A stretch of 64,000 bases of DNA. Source: Candidatus Palauibacter scopulicola (GTDB lineage: Bacteria; Gemmatimonadota; Gemmatimonadetes; Palauibacterales; Palauibacteraceae). A model generated the notes under the pieces. The model saw only the letters and a list, made by a program, of their open reading frames with translations, made no database searches and had not been told where the DNA came from. Below, piece by piece: positions 61,299 to 64,000 of this stretch (the stretch's first letter is position 1; every line of letters starts with the position of its first letter). Location of the stretch: positions 15,672 to 79,671 of the forward strand of contig NZ_CANPWG010000054.1 of NCBI RefSeq assembly GCF_947581915.1. The letters run 5' to 3'. Both the position numbers and the translations under genes were made by a program.

Positions 61299-62312
61299 TT
61301 ATGCCGTCGGTTGAAACGATTGCAGGGATTGGAGTTGTGACTCCGCGGAGCCCGAATCGATGGATTGTTCGGCAGCGGCGACGCCGGCGGCGAGGGTGTC
61401 CACGGCGCCCGCGGCCCAGAAGGCGGCGGCGGCGTTGAGGACGACGGCCGCGCGGCCGGCCCCGGCTTCGCGGCCGTCGATCACGCGACGGACCCGTTCT
61501 GCGTTCTCCTCCGGCTCGCCTCCCGCCAGGTCGGACGGTGCGTACTCCGGCCAGCCGAAGTCGGACGGCGCGACCTCGAACTCGGACAGCGTCCCGTTCT
61601 CGATGCGGAAGACGCGGGTCGGGCCGAGGGGGCTCAGTTCGTCCATGCCGGGTTCGCCGTGGACGACGAGCGCGCGCTCGTGGCCGAGTTCGAGGAGGGA
61701 GTCGGCGACGAGGCGCTGCAGATCGGGGTGGGCGACGCCGACGACCTGCCGCCGCACGCCGGCCGGGTTCGCGAGCGGGCCGAGGAGGTTCATGATCGTG
61801 GTTACGCCGAGCGCGGCGCGGACGGGCCCCACGTGCCGCATAGCCGGGTGGTGGGCCGGGGCGAACATGAACACGAACCCGGTTTCCTCGAACATCCGCT
61901 TCTCGTCCTCGGGAGGAAGCTCGATGGGCACGCCGAGGATCTCCAGCACGTCGGCGCTGCCGCACTTCGAGGTGAACGAGCGGTTGCCGTGCTTTGCGAT
62001 GCGGACGCCGCCCGCCGCAGCCACGATGGCGGCCGCGGTCGAGATGTTGAACGTGGTCAGCGTGCCGCCGCCGGTGCCGCAGGTGTCGATGATGCGGTCG
62101 TCGTCGAGGGCGAGCGGGATCATGGCCTTCCGCAGCGCGCGGACGCCGCCGGCCACCTCGGCGGGCGTTTCCCCGCGCATCCTGAGCGCGGCGAGGAGCG
62201 CGGCCATCTCGGCCTGGGTGGCCTCGCCGCTCATGAAGCGGTCGAACGTGGCTTCGGCGGCGGCGGCATCCAGGGTCTCTCCGGAGAGGACGCGCCGGAT
62301 CGTGTTCGTCAC
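61299..62312 (-). CDS. trpD: anthranilate phosphoribosyltransferase
   Basis: It has DTCGTGGG, KHGNRS.TSKCGSADVLE and NLLGPLANPA. The GTG start lies 7 nt after GGAGGA. Confidence 0.9.
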   Translation of the reverse strand: MTNTIRRVLSGETLDAAAAEATFDRFMSGEATQAEMAALLAALRMRGETPAEVAGGVRALRKAMIPLALDDDRIIDTCGTGGGTLTTFNISTAAAIVAAAGGVRIAKHGNRSFTSKCGSADVLEILGVPIELPPEDEKRMFEETGFVFMFAPAHHPAMRHVGPVRAALGVTTIMNLLGPLANPAGVRRQVVGVAHPDLQRLVADSLLELGHERALVVHGEPGMDELSPLGPTRVFRIENGTLSEFEVAPSDFGWPEYAPSDLAGGEPEENAERVRRVIDGREAGAGRAAVVLNAAAAFWAAGAVDTLAAGVAAAEQSIDSGSAESQLQSLQSFQPTA

Positions 62313-62326
62313 CTCGATTCCTCCTC

Positions 62327-62368
62327 GTTTCCCCTCATCGGTTTCCCCTCATCGGTTTCCCCTCGTCG
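62327..62368. repeat. 14-bp tandem repeat x3 (GTTTCCCCTCATCG) in the trpD-truA divergent spacer
   Basis: Units lie at 62327-62340, 62341-62354 and 62355-62368. The last unit has one mismatch. Confidence 0.85.
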
Positions 62369-62392
62369 CCCGGAAGTCGCTAATCTTCGCGC

Positions 62393-63211
62393 ATGTCGGA
62401 TTCCACCGCCCCTCCCGCCCGTTTCCGGGCCACGATCGAGTACGATGGGACCTCCTTCCACGGATCCCAACTACAGCCCGGGGTGCGCACCGTCCAGCGC
62501 GAGGTGGAGGAGGCGCTCGGGAAACTCCTCGACCGCCCCGTGCGCATCGACCTCGCGGGCCGCACCGACGCGGGGGTTCACGCGACGGCGCAGGAGGTCG
62601 CGTTCGACGCGCCCCCCGCCTGGAGTCCGGAGGAACTGGCCCGGGCGCTCGGGGCGATTCTCCCCGACGATGTCGCGGTTCGGAGGGTGAGGAACGCGGC
62701 GCCCGATTTCCATCCGCGCTTCGAGGCGGAGGGACGACGATACCGCTACGTGATCGCGGACAGCGGCCGGAAGCGGCCGTTCCTGCGCGACCGCGTCTGG
62801 ACCCCGCGCTGGCCGCTCGACCGCGACGCGCTCGTCCGCCTGGCGGCGGCGATTCCCGGGGAACGGTCGTTCGAGCGCTTCGCCCGCGCCGGGCAGCCCG
62901 AGCGTGGGACGCGCTGCCGGGTCGCCAGCGCCGCCTGGCGCTTCGACAGACCTCCCTTCCTCTTCTTCGAGATTGTCGCCGACCGCTTCCTCCACCACAT
63001 GGTGCGTTACCTGGTCGGGACGTCCGTGGAGATCGCCGCGGAGCGCCGCCCGTTCGACGACCTCGAACGCCTGCTGGCGGGCGAAGCTGCATCGAGGCCG
63101 GTCTTCCCCGCCCCGCCGGGCGGCCTCTACCTGACGGGCGTGCGCTACGGCGGCGAATGGAATGCCGGCCCCGGGATCCCGTGGCTCCCGGCCGAGGGGC
63201 ATCGAAGGTGA
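62393..63211 (+). CDS. truA: tRNA pseudouridine(38-40) synthase
   Basis: It has YDGTSFHGSQLQPG and the catalytic Asp motif GRTDAGVHA. Confidence 0.9.
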   Translation: MSDSTAPPARFRATIEYDGTSFHGSQLQPGVRTVQREVEEALGKLLDRPVRIDLAGRTDAGVHATAQEVAFDAPPAWSPEELARALGAILPDDVAVRRVRNAAPDFHPRFEAEGRRYRYVIADSGRKRPFLRDRVWTPRWPLDRDALVRLAAAIPGERSFERFARAGQPERGTRCRVASAAWRFDRPPFLFFEIVADRFLHHMVRYLVGTSVEIAAERRPFDDLERLLAGEAASRPVFPAPPGGLYLTGVRYGGEWNAGPGIPWLPAEGHRR

Positions 63212-63321
63212 ACCCTCGGGGGTTGTCTGGCGTACAGTTATCGTGTGGGTCGCCGCCGCGCGTGTGGCGGCTTGCCGACCGGGCCTGAACGTGTCACGAG
63301 CGACATGAGGTATCGGAGTCC

Positions 63322-64000
63322 ATGAACGAGGGAAATCGGGTCAGGAGAATCCTGCTGGCGGCCGCGCGCGTGGTCGTGGCGGCCACGGTCCTGATCTTCG
63401 CCGGCCTCGGGGTGGGGGCGCTCGTCACCACGCTGGGGAACGCGCCGCGACAGCCGGAGGAGGAGAGCCGGCCCGCGGACAACCCGTTCGCCCGCACCTC
63501 GCTGGCCGGCCCCGCGAACCGGCCCGCGCCCCAGTCGCTGGCCGAGATCTCGGGGGCCCGGCGGACGCCCACGGTCATCGCCGCGGTCCGCGTGCTCCCC
63601 TCGGTCGTGAGCCTCCGGACGGAGCGGACCGTTCAGTCGCAGGACATGTTCACCCGCTTCTTCAACCGCGGCGGCCGTTCCAGGGTCGAGGCGGGCCTGG
63701 GTTCCGGGTTCGCGATCGACGACGCGGGCACGATCATCACGAACGCGCACGTGGTGAGCGGGGCGGACCGCATCGAGGTGGTGGACCGCGACGGGCAGCG
63801 GTTCGAGGCCGAAGTGGTCGGCTTCGACGAACTCACCGACCTCGCCGTCGTGCGGGTGCCTCCGGGCCGGGTGCCCGCGGCGCCGCTGGGTGCGTCCTCG
63901 AACCTCCTCATCGGGGAGCCCGCGGTGGCGCTGGGGAACCCGTCCGGCTACGCCCTCCGCAACACCGAGGCGACCGTGACCTCGGGCGTGGTCAGCGGCG
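63322..64000 (+). CDS. HtrA/DegP-family trypsin-like serine protease (3' end outside the window)
   Basis: My own translation from the ATG at 63322 is MNEGNRVRRILLAAARVVVAATVLIF...GSGFAIDDAGTIITNAHVV...DLAVVRV...GEPAVALGNP. It has an N-terminal TM anchor plus the S1C His and Asp regions. The frame is open to the window end. Confidence 0.8.
   Translation, partial: MNEGNRVRRILLAAARVVVAATVLIFAGLGVGALVTTLGNAPRQPEEESRPADNPFARTSLAGPANRPAPQSLAEISGARRTPTVIAAVRVLPSVVSLRTERTVQSQDMFTRFFNRGGRSRVEAGLGSGFAIDDAGTIITNAHVVSGADRIEVVDRDGQRFEAEVVGFDELTDLAVVRVPPGRVPAAPLGASSNLLIGEPAVALGNPSGYALRNTEATVTSGVVSG

Noticed and set aside
62313-62392. Trp attenuator leader peptide or TRAP-binding (GAG/UAG triplet) array upstream of trpD.
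   Set aside because: The only mini-ORF (MRGNR) has no Trp codons. There are only three repeats at 14-nt spacing, not the 9-11 triplet repeats needed for TRAP. I saw no terminator/antiterminator pair.
1-64000. Scan for CRISPR arrays, rRNA, tRNA, integrases, transposases and phage structural genes.
   Set aside because: I found no repeat-spacer arrays, no T-loop (GGTTCGAATCC-like) signatures in the intergenic gaps, and no recombinase-like translations. A proper tRNAscan/Infernal run could still reveal small RNAs that I cannot see by eye.

Overview
High-GC (about 68-70% by eye) bacterial chromosomal segment. It is densely coding, with long co-directional minus-strand runs. The protein repertoire includes TolB-like and 6-bladed beta-propeller lipoproteins, a carboxypeptidase-regulatory/plug protein, a choice-of-anchor-B-like protein and small porin-like beta-barrels. 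This suggests a Gemmatimonadota-like organism, but that is inference only. I call about 60 protein genes. Housekeeping genes: aspS, rlmN, phoH-pgpH-ybeY, mgtE, meaB, the methylmalonyl-CoA mutase catalytic subunit, ggt, truA, lexA, arginase, and a trp operon (trpD, trpC, trpF, trpB, trpA) split into three blocks. Accessory genes: BrnT/BrnA, RelE-RHH, two HicB-like ORFs without hicA, an orphan HEPN-like gene, and an AAA+/DUF4143 ATPase coupled to an alpha/beta hydrolase. I recognised no rRNA, tRNA, CRISPR array, transposase or integrase. Main leads, in order. (1) An AhpD/CMD-family gene has an in-frame TGA exactly at the second Cys of its CxxC motif, followed by a SECIS-like hairpin, so it is a candidate selenoprotein. 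(2) An identical 18-20 bp perfect palindrome (ACGTTCCCGCGGGAACGT) occurs three times: in two divergent promoter regions and once inside a CDS. (3) A HicB-like ORF overlaps the start of a two-domain DUF488 protein. (4) A diverged duplicate of the 3' end of the ADP-ribosylglycohydrolase gene flanks an inserted hicB next to a lower-GC toxin-antitoxin islet. (5) An otherwise intact porin paralogue carries an in-frame amber codon. (6) Helically phased NTTCGG repeats lie upstream of lexA. All functional calls come from motif and architecture recognition in the supplied translations. No database search or RNA folding was run. Start codons are frequently uncertain because GTG and TTG starts and 4-nt overlaps are common here.
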